A DNA stretch of 64,000 nucleotides, from NCBI GenBank assembly GCA_963693365.1, contig CAVNZM010000008.1, positions 2,232,001 through 2,296,000 on the forward strand, given 5' to 3'. The notes under the pieces are model-generated. The model had not been told where the DNA came from, ran no database searches, and saw only the letters and a program-made list of their open reading frames with translations. The DNA comes from Amoebidium appalachense. Its lineage: Eukaryota; Protista; Ichthyosporea. Both the position numbers and the translations under genes were made by a program. Below are positions 34,141 to 48,082 of the stretch, piece after piece; positions within the stretch are counted from its first letter, which is position 1; each line of letters starts with the position of its first letter.

Positions 34141-37100
34141 GCTTACATGTAGCCTGACTTTTAAAGATCCTAATCGATGACAAGAGCTTTATGTATGTAC
34201 TACAGTCACGTGTTTTGAAATCCATTATAAAATTCTTTTTTTAAAAAAAAAAAATTTCAATATACAGACCAACTTTATTCATTGGTGGGTTCGTGGGTGG
34301 AACCCTTGGGCCCGAGGCCCCCAAATGGGGCGAAGTGTGTGTGTAGTGTTTCTTTTTTTTTCTTTTCTTTTCTCTTCCTTTTTTTGGGGGGGGGGGGGGA
34401 GGGGGGGGGGGGGGGTGAGGGGGGGGGAGGGGGGCGGGAGGGGGGATGTCCGTCATATTGATCTGTGAGTTTGCTGCACAACAGATACTGCATGCGTTGT
34501 GGCATAGAGGCAGGTCACCCAACCAACATCAGGCAGTCCGAGGTAATCCTTACGTGGCCCTAAATGGCTGCTTGATTGTGGGACAGAACAGGCATCTAAG
34601 GAATGGGTGTCCGGCAATCCCGGTGGGACAGAACATTTTTATCACCTTCGTGCGGTACACCTTAACTCAAACAAGACAAGGATCTTCACATGAGAGATAT
34701 CATATGGCAAATAGCCTTTTTTTACGAAATGAAACTGATACATTATCCCCCCCCCCCCCCCCCCCCCCCTAGTTTCAAATATAGAATCTTCATGCCACCA
34801 TCCCCTAACCCTTCCTCCACACACTAAGCTTTCTATACTTTTGAATAAAAGGAGGTGTTTCGGATCGGGCCCGGGCTAGCTGCCTGGGCTCTTAGACCCT
34901 GAGCTGACCCAGCCCCCCCCCCCCCCCCCCCCCTCCCCCCCAACCTACCCCCCCCCCCCCCCAAAAAAAAAAAAAAAAAAAAAAACCACCACCACCACCA
35001 CCACCACATCCACCTGCGCCCCTCCCCCCGCCCTCCGTCCCCTCCCCCTCAATCCCTCCCCCCCTCCCCCCCCCCCCCCCCCCCCCTCCCCCCCCCCCCC
35101 CCTCCCCTACCTCGCCCCCTTACCCCCCCCTCTCCCAAACCCCCTCCCCCATTTTTCCTTAATCCCCACCCTTTCATCTCTAAGTACAATAAGTCTGTTT
35201 GGTCCTCATGAAATATGATATCGCCCGTGCCGTGGATGAACGTAATAAGATTATCCCTTCCCCCTCCTTTCCTCCCCCCCCCCCCCCCCCTCCCCCCTCC
35301 CTCCTCCCCCTCCCCCCCCGGGGGATGCTGACCAATCCCAGCAACTCTCTCCACCCACTGCCACCCCACGCCCCGGTCCCTCCCCCGTCCCAGGAAAAGG
35401 GATCTGCTTGGACTCCTAGTGAATACGAGGTTGATTATATTCAAGACGGTGGTAGCAGTCGTCTAGCCGAATACTCGTAATTTACGATGCCGTGCCTAAT
35501 TATGACATCAAAGCTGAGAGGAGATATAGGCTGTTGATCGGTGGTGAAAATCGACTCGTTATGATCTGGCATACGGAATCTAGAACCAGATACATTTATG
35601 AAATGGTAATATATCATATCTAAGCATGGTGTGTGTGCGTGTTCGGGGGGCCGAGAGGGGGGGGGGGGGGGGGGGGGGGAGTGGGGTGGGGTGGGGTGGG
35701 GGGGGGGGAGGGGGGAATAACCAAAGATGTGTAGATACCTCAAATCTCTGTAGGGCGGGTGAGGGGGGAGAGGTGAGTGGGTGGGTGGGGGGGGGGGGGG
35801 GGGGGGGGTGAGGTTGGGAGGGAAGGGGGGAACAAGTGCATCCAGCAAGGATTCAACAATATGCTCTCAACTCGCAGTATGTGAATACGCATTCTATTAA
35901 TATGACGATGTATGTGGGTGGATCTGAATATTAGAAGGTTTTTTTTGGGGGGGATTGGGGGAATGGGGGGTGGGGGGGTTGCAGGATTTGAGGGCTGTTG
36001 GTGGTGGTTGCACTGGTTGGATGGGTGGGTAGGGGGTGGGTGGACTGGGGGAAGGAAGGGGCGGGGGGAGGGGGGTGAAGTGGTGGTGGTGCAGGTGGGT
36101 GGTGGGGTGGATAGTGGGGATGGGGTTTAAAGGCAGGCAACAATTGAGTAAACCTAGAAATGGGGAGGGGACAGGAAGGAGGAGGACGAAGCCGCGCTCT
36201 GCGCAGGGGATAGGGGGGAAGGGAGGGGAGGGAGGGAGGGGGGAGGGCGAGGTGGGTGGGTGGGTGGGGGGGGGGGGGGGGGAGGGGGAAGGGGGGGGAA
36301 GTGGGGGCGGAAGGCTTTATAAAGACAGTACCGCACGGGTAGGCATCTTACAAACCAATGGCTTATGGCATAGAAACAAAGGGAAGCCACATTTTGGGCA
36401 GGCGTGTGCTTGTGTGTGTGTGTGTGTATTTCGGGGAAGGGGGGAAGGATGTCCACATAAATCTACCCTTCTCTCTCTCTCACACGAGGCACTCCCCCCC
36501 CCCCCCCCCCCTCTCCCTTCCCCCCTCCCCCCTCCCGTCCCCCCCCCCCCCCCCACCCACGACCACCACCATCACACGAACACACACGCACGCACACACG
36601 CACGCACACGCACACACGCACACACGAACACACACACACAAACACACACACGCGCGCGCGCGCACACACACACAAACACACACACACAGCCCCCCCCACC
36701 CCTACCCCCCCCTCCACGTCTTTCCCTCATCTCTCATGGTAGGGCTCCCCATCATAAGGCATCGACACACTCCCCCACTCCCCCCATCCCCCCACCCCCC
36801 CTTTTTTCCCCAACCCGCGCCACCACCTCCTAGACTCACTCCACTGGTTTCCCGTTCCCTCCACTGGAAGTTCAGTTGTGTTGGTACCAGTGGCGAACAA
36901 TTGCAGGAAGGGGCAGCACATGTGGTGCTGGTTGGTTGATTAGGAAATGGTAAACACATACAGCCACATACAAGCTCTCACACACACGCACACATACACG
37001 TGCAAACACATTGAGAAACACACACGTGTTCACACACACACACACCTGTAGAATGCAGGAAAAGCGCACACACATAGTATTACGCATGCACACACATAAG

Positions 37101-37143
37101 CACACACATACACACGTGCACGCACACGGACACACGCAAGCAC

Positions 37144-37921
37144 TGTTGGAATACGTATCAACGTAGTACAGCAAGAGACTTGAAGTATGTGTGTGTGTCT
37201 TAGCCTTGTTTGTATTCGTGTCTGCTTTTCTCCTTTGTGCTCTCTTCCTTTTCCCCCTTTCCTTCTCTCTCTCTCTCTTCCCCCCCCCCGTATCTCTCTA
37301 TCCCTTGTTTCTGTGTGCACATATATCTGTAGATCTGTGCACACCTGGCTCCCTTGCCTGTCAGGACGTGTTGTATTTAACTCGTGTTTGCTCTCCCCTG
37401 TCAATAGACGCGAGTGAGCCGATCTATAGACCGTGGTGTTGCATTCCTGTCTATTAATATACAGGTTGTGATTGGACACATTTGATCTGTTTGAATTCGT
37501 TTCCATGATGTGTCTTCACTCTGAGAGTGTCGACTATTAGGAAGTATATGTATTTAGATGAGTTTCTTTATAGAGACGAGTGTAAATATATATGTAAATT
37601 AATAGTGACAAGTTGTTTGAGTTACTTAATTTATTCAAGTAGAGTTTCTAAGCTTCTGTTGTGTCGGAAAGTTAGAAAGCGTCTTCTCGATTGGAATGTA
37701 TTGCTCTGTCGTGAAGGAACCGGATTGGTTCCCTTCTTTTAGTTGAGATGAGATGATGAATGGGCCAGAACAAAAAGGCTCGAGAGTGCAATAAACGTCA
37801 GTTGTTGTTTGAATCTTTCTCGTGTCGTGAACAACTCCGATTGCCCTCTCTTTATTGTGTTGGTCGTGTTTTACATGACACCTCTGTGCACTCTGCTCCA
37901 TTAGATTTGTACAAAACAACA
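37144..37921 (+). mobile_element. Solo LTR (778 bp)
   Basis: TGTTG...CAACA termini; 5-bp TSD AGCAC/GGCAC with one mismatch; AATAAA at 37790-37795. The empty site is present in duplication copy 1 (~26639-26665), which aligns without gaps once the element and one TSD are removed. Confidence 0.85.
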
Positions 37922-38851
37922 GGCACCCACATGCACAAGCACACACCCACACACAATGTAGTGCAAAACTTCATGGCCCACGGTATTAGACATGCACAGA
38001 TACCGTTTAACGCTATGCACAATATTATCCCCCCCCCCCCCCCCCCCCCTTCTCCCCCCAACTGAGCCCTGCGGTACCCCCTAGCCTCCCCCCCCCCCCC
38101 CCGCCCCTTCACCCTCCCCCAGACCCTCCCCCCCCCACGTGCACCCCCAGCCCTCCTCTTCCTCCCCCCCCCACCCTCCTCCTTTCCTGGGCGAGCACTC
38201 ACGTGTACAGTAACGGAGACAAATTCGTACCTGTGCACAAGCACAGACGTGTACGACACAAAAACCCTCTTAGAAGCGCACACCCGAATTCGAAAGCACA
38301 CACTGGAATCACAAACACAATTAACACAGACAAGTGACACACACAGGTCTCAATCAAAACATTTTCCAGGCTGCGCATGCTCACACACACACAAACACAT
38401 AAAATGTGACACACGAAATACACTTGCATGTTTAACGTGCAGGTATCTGCACGCTCGCACAGAAAGGCAGGCTCACACGAACCAGAACTGATGTGCTCGC
38501 TCAGGGACGTGTACACACACGTACGTGCCCATACTACCAAGTTATATAATGGCACACAGAACATCTCATACACCCTGCAAAATCCAACAGAGTTCCCATG
38601 CCTCTTTACAATTATGCACGGTGACACACAAACAGACTTAAACAATTGATACGCTTACGTCTCGATTCATTTGAACGTGAGCCCAGCCTCCGAGTCGGAA
38701 ATAAAGAGGAGGGAATAAGGAAGAGAAGGAGAGGCTCAGGGGCAGAAGGGGAAGGAGATCTACAGCGAGTCTAAATCGGAGAACTTGGTGGGAAGGATCT
38801 ACTGGGGTACGACATGGAAATGAATGTGGTGGTGGTGGTGGTGGTGGTGGT

Positions 38852-38883
<32 letters not shown>

Positions 38884-38952
38884 TGTATGTATAACAAGAG
38901 ATAGGTGAAGAACAGCTGGGAAGGTACATCGAAGAGGTGGGGGTGGCGGCGG

Positions 38953-38985
<33 letters not shown>

Positions 38986-39313
38986 GGGGGGGGAGAAGTG
39001 TTGAAGGATTGGGTAGGGTGTGACGGATAAACGAAAAAGATTGAAAGGAAATGAGGGGTTCGAGTGTGGGAGGAGTGTGGCAGGGCGACTTGGAGAGGGA
39101 GAAAAACGAAGACTTAATTCAAAGGGAGAAAAAGGAGAAAGCCACAGAGTAAAGTATTGAGCGCCGGCGGGAAGGAGGGGTGGGGAGGGGGGAAACCCCG
39201 GGGGGGGGGGGGGGGGGGGGAGGGGGGAGGGGGAGGGGGCTATCAGGAGATGCAGAGAGAAATCAGTGAGAGGAGGTGGAAGAGAGCCTATATGAGCTAA
39301 AGGAGAGAGAGAA

Positions 39314-40078
39314 TGTTGGACATTGTGTTCATAGAAGCTAGTTCTAGTGCACGTTGTTCCTTCTGTAAGTCAGAAATGATTGCATCTTGTGAGGCCAACC
39401 TCTGCTCCAGTAGTTGGACTAGTTGCTGCAACTGTAAGTTGTCAGACATAGTGTCGTGTATGATGGGTAACTAGTCTATGTGTTTTGTGCACTGAAAACG
39501 ACAGTAGAAAAGTGTAAATCAAACGTTCTGCTTCCCATGTTTGTGACATGGGAGGCACTGCTTTATATAGTCGTTGGCCACCTCATGGTGGCCTCGTGTG
39601 CACCCTGGTGGTGGGCCATGTACAGCATGGCCGAAAAGAGAGCACAATGAAAACAAGTCGTTAAAGATATAAAAGTTAACTGTGCACGTTGAGTGGCTAG
39701 TTAACTTGCACTAAAGCACACAAATAAACGTGTTTAACACACCAATTGCAGTTAAACGTAAATCTTACTTCACACAACTAAAAATATTCTGAGAATATCC
39801 GGGAATAAAGCACACTACCACTCTAAGAATAGAATCCTGTGGCAAATATAGACATGACATCATCTGAACCGGGAATATTAATTAATGAGCACAATTAGCA
39901 CGTTGCTAGTGAAGCTCGTCATTGGTACAGTTTTGGCTCAAACATATAACTACCATATATGAATATGACCGTAAACAAAAGCTCTATGCACTCGAGTGAG
40001 TGTTGAAACAATTATTCAATTGCTCAGAAATTGTCTCTAACAGACATTGCTAGCCGGGAGTACCAGTGTACTCCAACA
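39314..40078 (-). mobile_element. Solo LTR (765 bp) containing the start of a probable gag ORF
   Basis: TGTTGGA...TCCAACA perfect 7-bp inverted termini; 4-bp TSD AGAA; empty site at ~27815-27830. Minus-strand CTATATAAAG at 39561-39570, then an ATG at 39449 opening a frame that runs to the LTR end. Confidence 0.87.
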
Positions 40079-40158
40079 AGAAGGACGAGAGCCTCGACTA
40101 TTAAAGCATTTAGGATAAGAGTGTCTCCCGTCTTAGAGCCAAAGAGAAAGCAGGAGGG

Positions 40159-40217
<59 letters not shown>

Positions 40218-40716
40218 CCACGGGCACAGGGGGGAGGGGAAGGGGGGAGGAGTTCAATGCTTTTTCTCTGTCTTCTCTTTTTCTTTCTTTTTCTTTTTCT
40301 TTTTGTGGGGGGGAGGGGGGGGGGGGGGGTCCAGGTACTACGGGCACATGCAGGGGGTTAGGGAGGGGGGGATCTCGATGCTTTTTCTCACTTTTGACTT
40401 TATTCTACATGCAGACTCTTGGTTTTTGACGGGAAAATTCCGGCCTCCGCTTTCCAGGTATTCTACCTTGTGAAAACAGAAACCGTGACATATCAAATAT
40501 GGAAATCAGAACACCGGTGGTCAGCCCATAACAGTCTAAGGCAAAGCTGGTGACATTTCCACTAACAGCTCTCCCAAGGGCCTTACGATATACCAACATA
40601 TATACACAAGGCAGTTTCTAGTTGTGTGCCAGCAGTTCATGGCATGGCATATGACATTGTTCTCAGACATATTCAGGCAAATATACCCAGGCCAGACCGC
40701 ATACTTGTGTTGACCT

Positions 40717-43187
40717 TTAGGGCGCCGGCGCAGGTAGGCCCAGGGTGAAAGGGATGTAGTAAGCCCACCGAGGGCCTGTGAACGAGTTGGCGCAGTACGG
40801 GGCAACAGGGGTGCCGCTTTCGTTGGTGATGCAGCGCCCACAGCCATACGTGGTCTGGCCATTCATCAGCGTGTAGTGCACCACAACCACCAGGGAGTTG
40901 CATCCCAGGCTGCCGACCTGGAGGGTGAACTGCGTGCGGGTGCTCTTGACTGGCTCCTGTGCCGCAGCCACACACGTGTAGGCCGTGCCGGGCTGGCAAT
41001 CCTTAGTGAAATGGCCGGGTACAGGGTAGCCCAGGGTCTGAACATGAGGGATATTCCGCGTGTTGCATGCAACAGCAACATGGGCTTGGAAAATGTTAAT
41101 GCCGAGGGACGAGGTGTCAATGGTGATCCTGAGGGTGCCGGCGGGGAGGAGCCAGTCGGTGACGGTGACGGTGCCGTCGAGATTTGATTGGCCGTAGAGG
41201 GCGCAGAAGTCTGTTTGCTTGCATACAACCCCGGTGCCTGAGTACCCACTGTTGCAGGCACACGTGAAGGAACCTCCGTATTGGAGCATGTGGCATGCTG
41301 GTCACAGTTATCGGTGTTGGTGGCGCATTCGTCGATATCGCTGCATGTAATGCCATTGCCTGTATAGCCAGTGTTGCAGGTGCAGGTGAAGGAACCATCC
41401 GTATTGAGACATGTGGCGTGTGCATCACAGTTGTCAATGTCGAGGGCGCACTCGTTAATATCGCTGTAGGTGACGCCGTTACCCGTGTAGCCCGTGTTGC
41501 AAGTGCACGTGAAAGAGCCCTCAGTGTTAGAGCACGTAGCCTCCTGGTCACAGTTGTCCGTACCAAGGGTACACTCGTCAATGTCGCTGCAGGTTACTCC
41601 ATCGCCGGTATAGCCACTGTTGCAGGCGCAGGTGAAAGAGCCCTCAGTGTTGGAGCAAGTGGCGTGTGCATCGCAGTTATCGATGTCGAGGGCACACTCA
41701 TCGATATCGGCGCAGCTAACGCCGTTGCCCGTGTAGCCGGCGTTGCATGCACACTTAAAAGAGCCAGGGGTATTAGAGGACGTGGCGTGTGCATCGCATT
41801 CATCTCGGTTGAGGGCACACTCGTCAATATCGGCGCAGGTAACGCCATTGCCCGTATATCTAGTGTTGCATGTGCAGGTGAAAGAGCCCCGTGTGTTGGA
41901 GCATGTAGCTTGGGCATCACAGTTATCAGTACCAGCCGCACATTTGTCGATGTCGCTGCAGGTTACACCATCACCAGTATAGCCACTGTTGCAGGCACAG
42001 GTGAAAGAGCCTGCGGTGTTCAAGCATGTAGCATGTGCATCACAGTTGTCAGTGTCGAGGGCACACTCATCAATATCACTGCAGGTGACGCCGTTACCCG
42101 TGTACCCGGCGTTGCATGCACACGTAAAAGAGACAGGGGTATTAGAGCACGTGGCGTGTGCATCGCAGTCATCGGTGTTGAGGGCACACTCGTCAATATC
42201 GGCGCAGGTAACGCCCTTGCCCGTATATCCACTGTTGCATGTGCAGGTAAAAGAGCCCTGTGTGTTGGAGCATGTAGCTTGGGCATCACAGTTATCAGTA
42301 CCAGCCGTACATTCGTCGATGTCGCTGCAGGTGACACCATCACCAGTATAGCCACTGTTGCAGGCACAGGTGAAAGAGCCTGCGGTGTTCGAGCATGTAG
42401 CATGTGCATCACAGTTGTCAGTGTCGAGGGCACACTCATCAATATCCCGTGACGCCGTTGCCCGTGTAGCCGGCGTTGCATGCGCACGTGAAAGAGCCAG
42501 GGGTGTTTGAGCACGTGGCGTGTGCATCACAGTTGTCGGTGTTTGCAGCACACTCGTCAATGTCGGTGGAGGTGATACCGTTGCCGGTGTAGGCTGTATT
42601 GCAGACACATGTTGTGTCATCGCAGTGAGCGTTGGGAGAACAGCCAGAGCAGATGTTGGGTTCATTTGTGATTTCGACGCAGTACGTCCACCTAGCGGAA
42701 TTGGGGTGGTTGCAGCTGCAGGTCTGCGTAACAGGGTTCCAGCTGGTGCATGCCCATGACGTTTGTCCGTTGCTGTCAGCCACGTGGAACAGCAGGGCGT
42801 AGCTTCCGGACGGGCACACATGTCCGTGCTCAGGTTGATGCTGTACATGTCAGTGGGCACGCCGCCAAGGTTGGTGTGTGCAGCTCCCCATATGCGTGGG
42901 TTGCCGTCAGTTGCCAGAGTTGGAAACTGACCAGGGGCAGTTGTAGGGATATCTTGGATGGTGCAGCCTATGGCCACCTGTGTCTCCGTCATGATGGGGG
43001 CGTAGAAGTTGACGTTGAGCATCATGGTGTTGCCGATGATGCTGACACTGAGGGTGCGGCATTATTGAAGCATGCCCGTAGAGCAGGGGGAAGGTCTGGA
43101 AGGCATCTCGGCGGCTGCAGCTGACATGAATAGGCCCGGCGGCCACCCCATCGCCAGGGCAGCCACAAAAGCGGCGGCTTTCACCAT
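40717..43187 (-). pseudogene. Pseudogene paralog of the 28415-30634 cbEGF protein (11 cbEGF repeats)
   Basis: Indels relative to the intact copy at ~43147, ~43055-43075, ~42820, ~42447 (5-nt deletion) and ~41276. Conserved Cys/Glu residues are lost (ITST, DIDKC, ATSSN, VTYS). The coding sequence is split over four ORFs. Confidence 0.88.
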
Positions 43188-44506
43188 TTTCAGTGTTGAG
43201 GTTGGCGTGTGGACCTTTGTTGTTAGGTGTTTTGTCCGAACGTGCGTCGCAGGGGCTGCTGGTCGCTGGGATGTGGCTACAATACACAGTCGTCGGTGGC
43301 TGACTGACTGATCACGTAGAGTTGCGGCCCATCGGAGGAATTTATACTTCCTGACTGCCAGATTTGCGCCAATAATCGACGAGTATTCTAGATACGCACT
43401 CTTAGGAATGTTTGGAATTTCCAAAAAACAAGCTATATTTGTTCATTGGCTTTTGTAAACAAATCATAAAAGTGGATCTTCATAGCTAAAATTCCCAGCA
43501 TTCCTGAGAGGTTCCCACCCTCAGGCTAGTGGCACCCTTTGCAGGTTGCAGGCTGCCCGATACAGCCTGCTTGGCGCATATGTCAAGGCTCATGCCAGAC
43601 AACTGCAACGCCACGAATTTAACCACATCACACTATTGTCTATTATGGTTGAAGTTCCGCCAGGTTGGTCTAGCTAATATGCATGCGTTTCTGCAGCGTC
43701 GACTGCCTCTCCACTGTTCGATGGTAGGTCACGTGCATGTTGATCAATGTGCATCCCAAGCTAGCCTGTGTCTACGTCTGCATGGTAACTACAGTAGCCG
43801 TGGTTTCCAAGAGAAAATACAAGTTCACACATAACGTACATGCACCTGTGCTTTGTGACACTTGTGCTACCTTGACACCTGCAGTCACGCCTACTTTTGT
43901 GCGTATGTACATGTATATGACATGTACATGGACATCAGAGTTGTCCTACTATTAAATAAGGCCAGCTGATTAAAGGGCCGACAGCACCCATGGCCCTGCA
44001 GCCTGACTCACCGGCGGTGACAAGACGGTGACAGGGGTGACACATGCGATCCAACCGCATTTTATGGATCGCAGGTATGTCTTCAAGTCGTGCATTCAGT
44101 GGTCACGTATTTATGTACTGAACAAAGGGCCACTCATAACATGTGGCGGGAGGAGTAGACTTCGGAAGGTACACCTGACGATGCATCATCATCACGTGCA
44201 CGGTAGTCGGAAATGCGCATGAGGCGCCGTGTGCTAATACACGTGGACATGCACACGCATACTCGGCCCATCGAACACGTGCAAGTCTTTTTGTGTAATA
44301 TGGTCGTCTATTATCATAGATAGTATCTAATCACTGGTTATCAAGCACTTGTGCAGGTGCATGTGGATGCATACATGCGCGTGCATATACGGTATGTGTG
44401 TACGTGTGTGCTGTGTTTGTGTGTGTGTCTCAGACTGAGCATGCATGCGCGCGCGCGTGATGCATCACTTGCATGCATGTGCTTCTCTCTCTCTCTCTCT
44501 CCCCCT

Positions 44507-44537
<31 letters not shown>

Positions 44538-44544
44538 CCTCCCC

Positions 44545-44695
<151 letters not shown>

Positions 44696-44723
44696 TCCTC
44701 TCCTCCTCTCTCTTTGTCTCTCT

Positions 44724-44846
<123 letters not shown>

Positions 44847-45163
44847 TTCTCTCTCTCCATGCGCGTTCTTCATATTTGTGCCCATACCATCATGGCACGG
44901 CATGACATTTTTGAATTTGATTTGCATCGGACGGTTAGTAGACAACATTAAGATTTCTCCTGGTTATCCCCCCTCCCGAGGTTCTTAACTGGGGGGCCTG
45001 AGGGGGGGGGGGGTGGGGGGGTGGAAACCTACCCGGAGCACCCACCTGCTCGAGGGGTTGTACCCCCTCTTCCCCACCCCCCCCCCCCCCCCCCCCCCCC
45101 ATCCACCCTTTTTTTCCCCAAGTCAACCGCACGTGTGTGTGTGTGTTGGGAGGGGAATTCAAG

Positions 45164-45199
<36 letters not shown>

Positions 45200-45298
45200 G
45201 GGGGGAGGGGAAGGGGGCTACCCTGACCGGGGGGTCAGGGGGAGGGGGAGGGGAAGGGGCTACCCTGACCCTTAGTGTTAGGGTAGTGTGTGTGTGTG

Positions 45299-45390
<92 letters not shown>

Positions 45391-45918
45391 GGTGTTTTTC
45401 TTTTACTTTCTTTTTTTCTTTGGGGGGGGGGGGGGGGGGGGGGTTCCTTTTCCTATGGGTGGTCGGTTCCCCCTCCCTCTCCTCCCCCAACTACCCCACG
45501 TCTCGTTTTAAAATCCGAAAATGCCAATACGTGTACGTGACTATGCAAATTGGGACAGCGTACTGAGAGAGGAACATAACCCGAATGGTGATCAAGGTGC
45601 AAACAACGTATATTCTCCTGTCCCCCCCCCCCCCCCCCCCCCCCCCTGCCGCCTCCCCCTCCAAAAAAAAGGGCGCCCGGCCGCCCGATCTCCCCCCAAT
45701 GTTCTTGTATAATTACAAATCCACCAGGTTTGGTAGGATCTATTAATTGGTAGGATCTATTTTTTCGGGGAAGAAAAAATAGTGCCGTTTATTTTAAATC
45801 TTAAATTATCTTAATATCAGGTGACCCCCCCTGTAATCAACGACACACGCGTGGCACGTGCACAAGGAGGTCACAGGTACAAGGACATCATGCACGCCGT
45901 CACACACACACACGCACA

Positions 45919-46576
45919 CACTGGATGCGTGTGAACGGCCAGGTCCACAGGTCCAAATGGGCTTTTTGAAATCGCAACCTGGATTCCAGCCTGCGGCAGT
46001 CCAGATGCCCCTTTTTGCGTGTGGCGGCGGAAAATCCAGACCGCCGGCTGGCTGCATCCGGATATGTTCCGGCCGCGGCCCTTAATAACCTATTGAACTT
46101 AATTTTTTGTAGACAAATACAAGCCAAGAGATGGTGAAAACAGAGAATTGTTTTGGGGAAAAAAGGGGTTCCTAGCATCCTCTCCTACATATGTTGATCC
46201 ATTATTTCCAACATCGAAATCGGCGGCCCTTTTCCTTTCAAAGTACTATATACAAACGTTTAGTCTATTTTGCGCTTACCACAAAAAGTTGCAGAAGCGA
46301 CACAAATGTTATGAAAGATTATCGGAATGCTGTAACTGTGATCTTAATCCAATTATATGGCTTTTACAAAAAAATTTGGCCAATCAAATGACTTACAAAC
46401 GCAGCCTCCGGTCCCAAAAATTGCCCTTCAGTTTTTCGGACCGGAGGCTGCGCTTTTGGTCACCCTAGACGATTTTCGGACGTCCTGGCCTAATTACACG
46501 AGTCGTTGATCTGCTACATGGAATGTGACCCCGTCCAATCCGAACCCGGGACCTGGCCGTTCACACGCATCCACTG
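45919..46576. mobile_element. Non-autonomous TIR element (MITE / hAT-like), ~660 bp
   Basis: 28-bp inverted termini CA(C/G)TGGATGCGTGTGAACGGCCAGGTCC; AT-rich non-coding interior; internal hairpin at 46400-46452. No TSD visible. Confidence 0.6.
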
Positions 46577-47227
46577 TTACTCTTATGCAAGTATTTGTTC
46601 AGTGAGGGGTTGGATCACTCTGGTTAGTATTGTTCTAGCCAAACCCGCCAGCGCAACACACCCCACCCAGAGGACACAACTCTTTCTCATTCAGCGAAGA
46701 ACGAAGAAACAAGATAGTTCCGGCTGGTGTTGTCGATTCTTGCGCGCATACGGTTTATTTATTTGGTTTTTTGGAGATAATCGAAACGTGAATTCATATT
46801 CATACAGGAGGTAGACCATATAGGTGAGTGATGGAATAACTAAACTTATTAAATAAAATACCAATCGAGTAAGCCTGCACATCCATACAAGAACAGCATA
46901 CAAAATGTTTATATAAACATCACCCCAAAAGCAAAAACAAACAAACAAAAAAACTTACGAGAACAAAAGAAAATTTTAATTCTGCGCAACATTACCACAT
47001 GCGGCATCTTAACACCCTGAATATACACTTTCACCATTACCCATACAGGCAAAGGCAAGCATCCCTTTTTAATTCCTTGTTTTTCTTTCATTCTTTCTTT
47101 CTTTTTTTTGCCCCTCCCCATTTACTCCTCCATCATCCACTCATCCAGTAAGGTCTCGCACGCTGTGCTCGCACGACCATGCCAACACAAAACACGGTAC
47201 TTTCTAGGCCGTATTTCCAATCCAAGT

Positions 47228-47389
47228 CTACTTGCGGTGCTTGGTCTGCTTCTTCTTGAAGTCCAGCCAGAACCCATCGACCATGGCCTGGTTCTCGGCA
47301 CCCCACAGATAGCCCGTAAGGTCCAGAGTCGACCGCACGTCATTCTGTGCCCCCACAAACACGTCAGCTAATGCAAAAACATTATTTCT

Positions 47390-47423
<34 letters not shown>

Positions 47424-48002
47424 GGAGGGTGGGGGAGGGGGGGGGGGGGGGGGGGTGAATGTATTGTAGAGCACGATATATACACACAATGAATGAGTGA
47501 CAACAGAGCGAAGACATTCCAAGGCATTAATTACACTGAGGACACACACTAAGAATGCATCATTCCTCCGGGGGGGGGGGGGGGGGGGAGGGAGGGAGGG
47601 AGCGGGGGGGTTGCCATATGGGAGTGGCAAAGATGCGACAACAACATAAATGAAAACACAACCGAAAAAAAAGCAATTGCACAAGAACTTATACACAGTC
47701 ATCTAGCAGACCCCTAGGTGTGTGTGTGTGTGTGTATGGGGGATGACTTACCAGAGTGGCACCGACGTTGAGGGCACCCAACATGTGGCTGTGCAGCTGA
47801 GGGAACACGATCTCACCACGAGTCATGCAGGCAAGAGACATCAGCTGCAGGGGGTGTGTGGTTAGTTGGGGTGGGTGTGTGTGGTTAAATGGAATACGGG
47901 GGTGTGGTTAGGTGTTGAGGGTGAGCGTGGTTGCTATGGTTGTTTCCTTGGGAATGGTGCGTGCGCGTGTGCATATGTGTGCATCCAGTAACTTAGAGAT
48001 GT

Positions 48003-48082
<80 letters not shown>

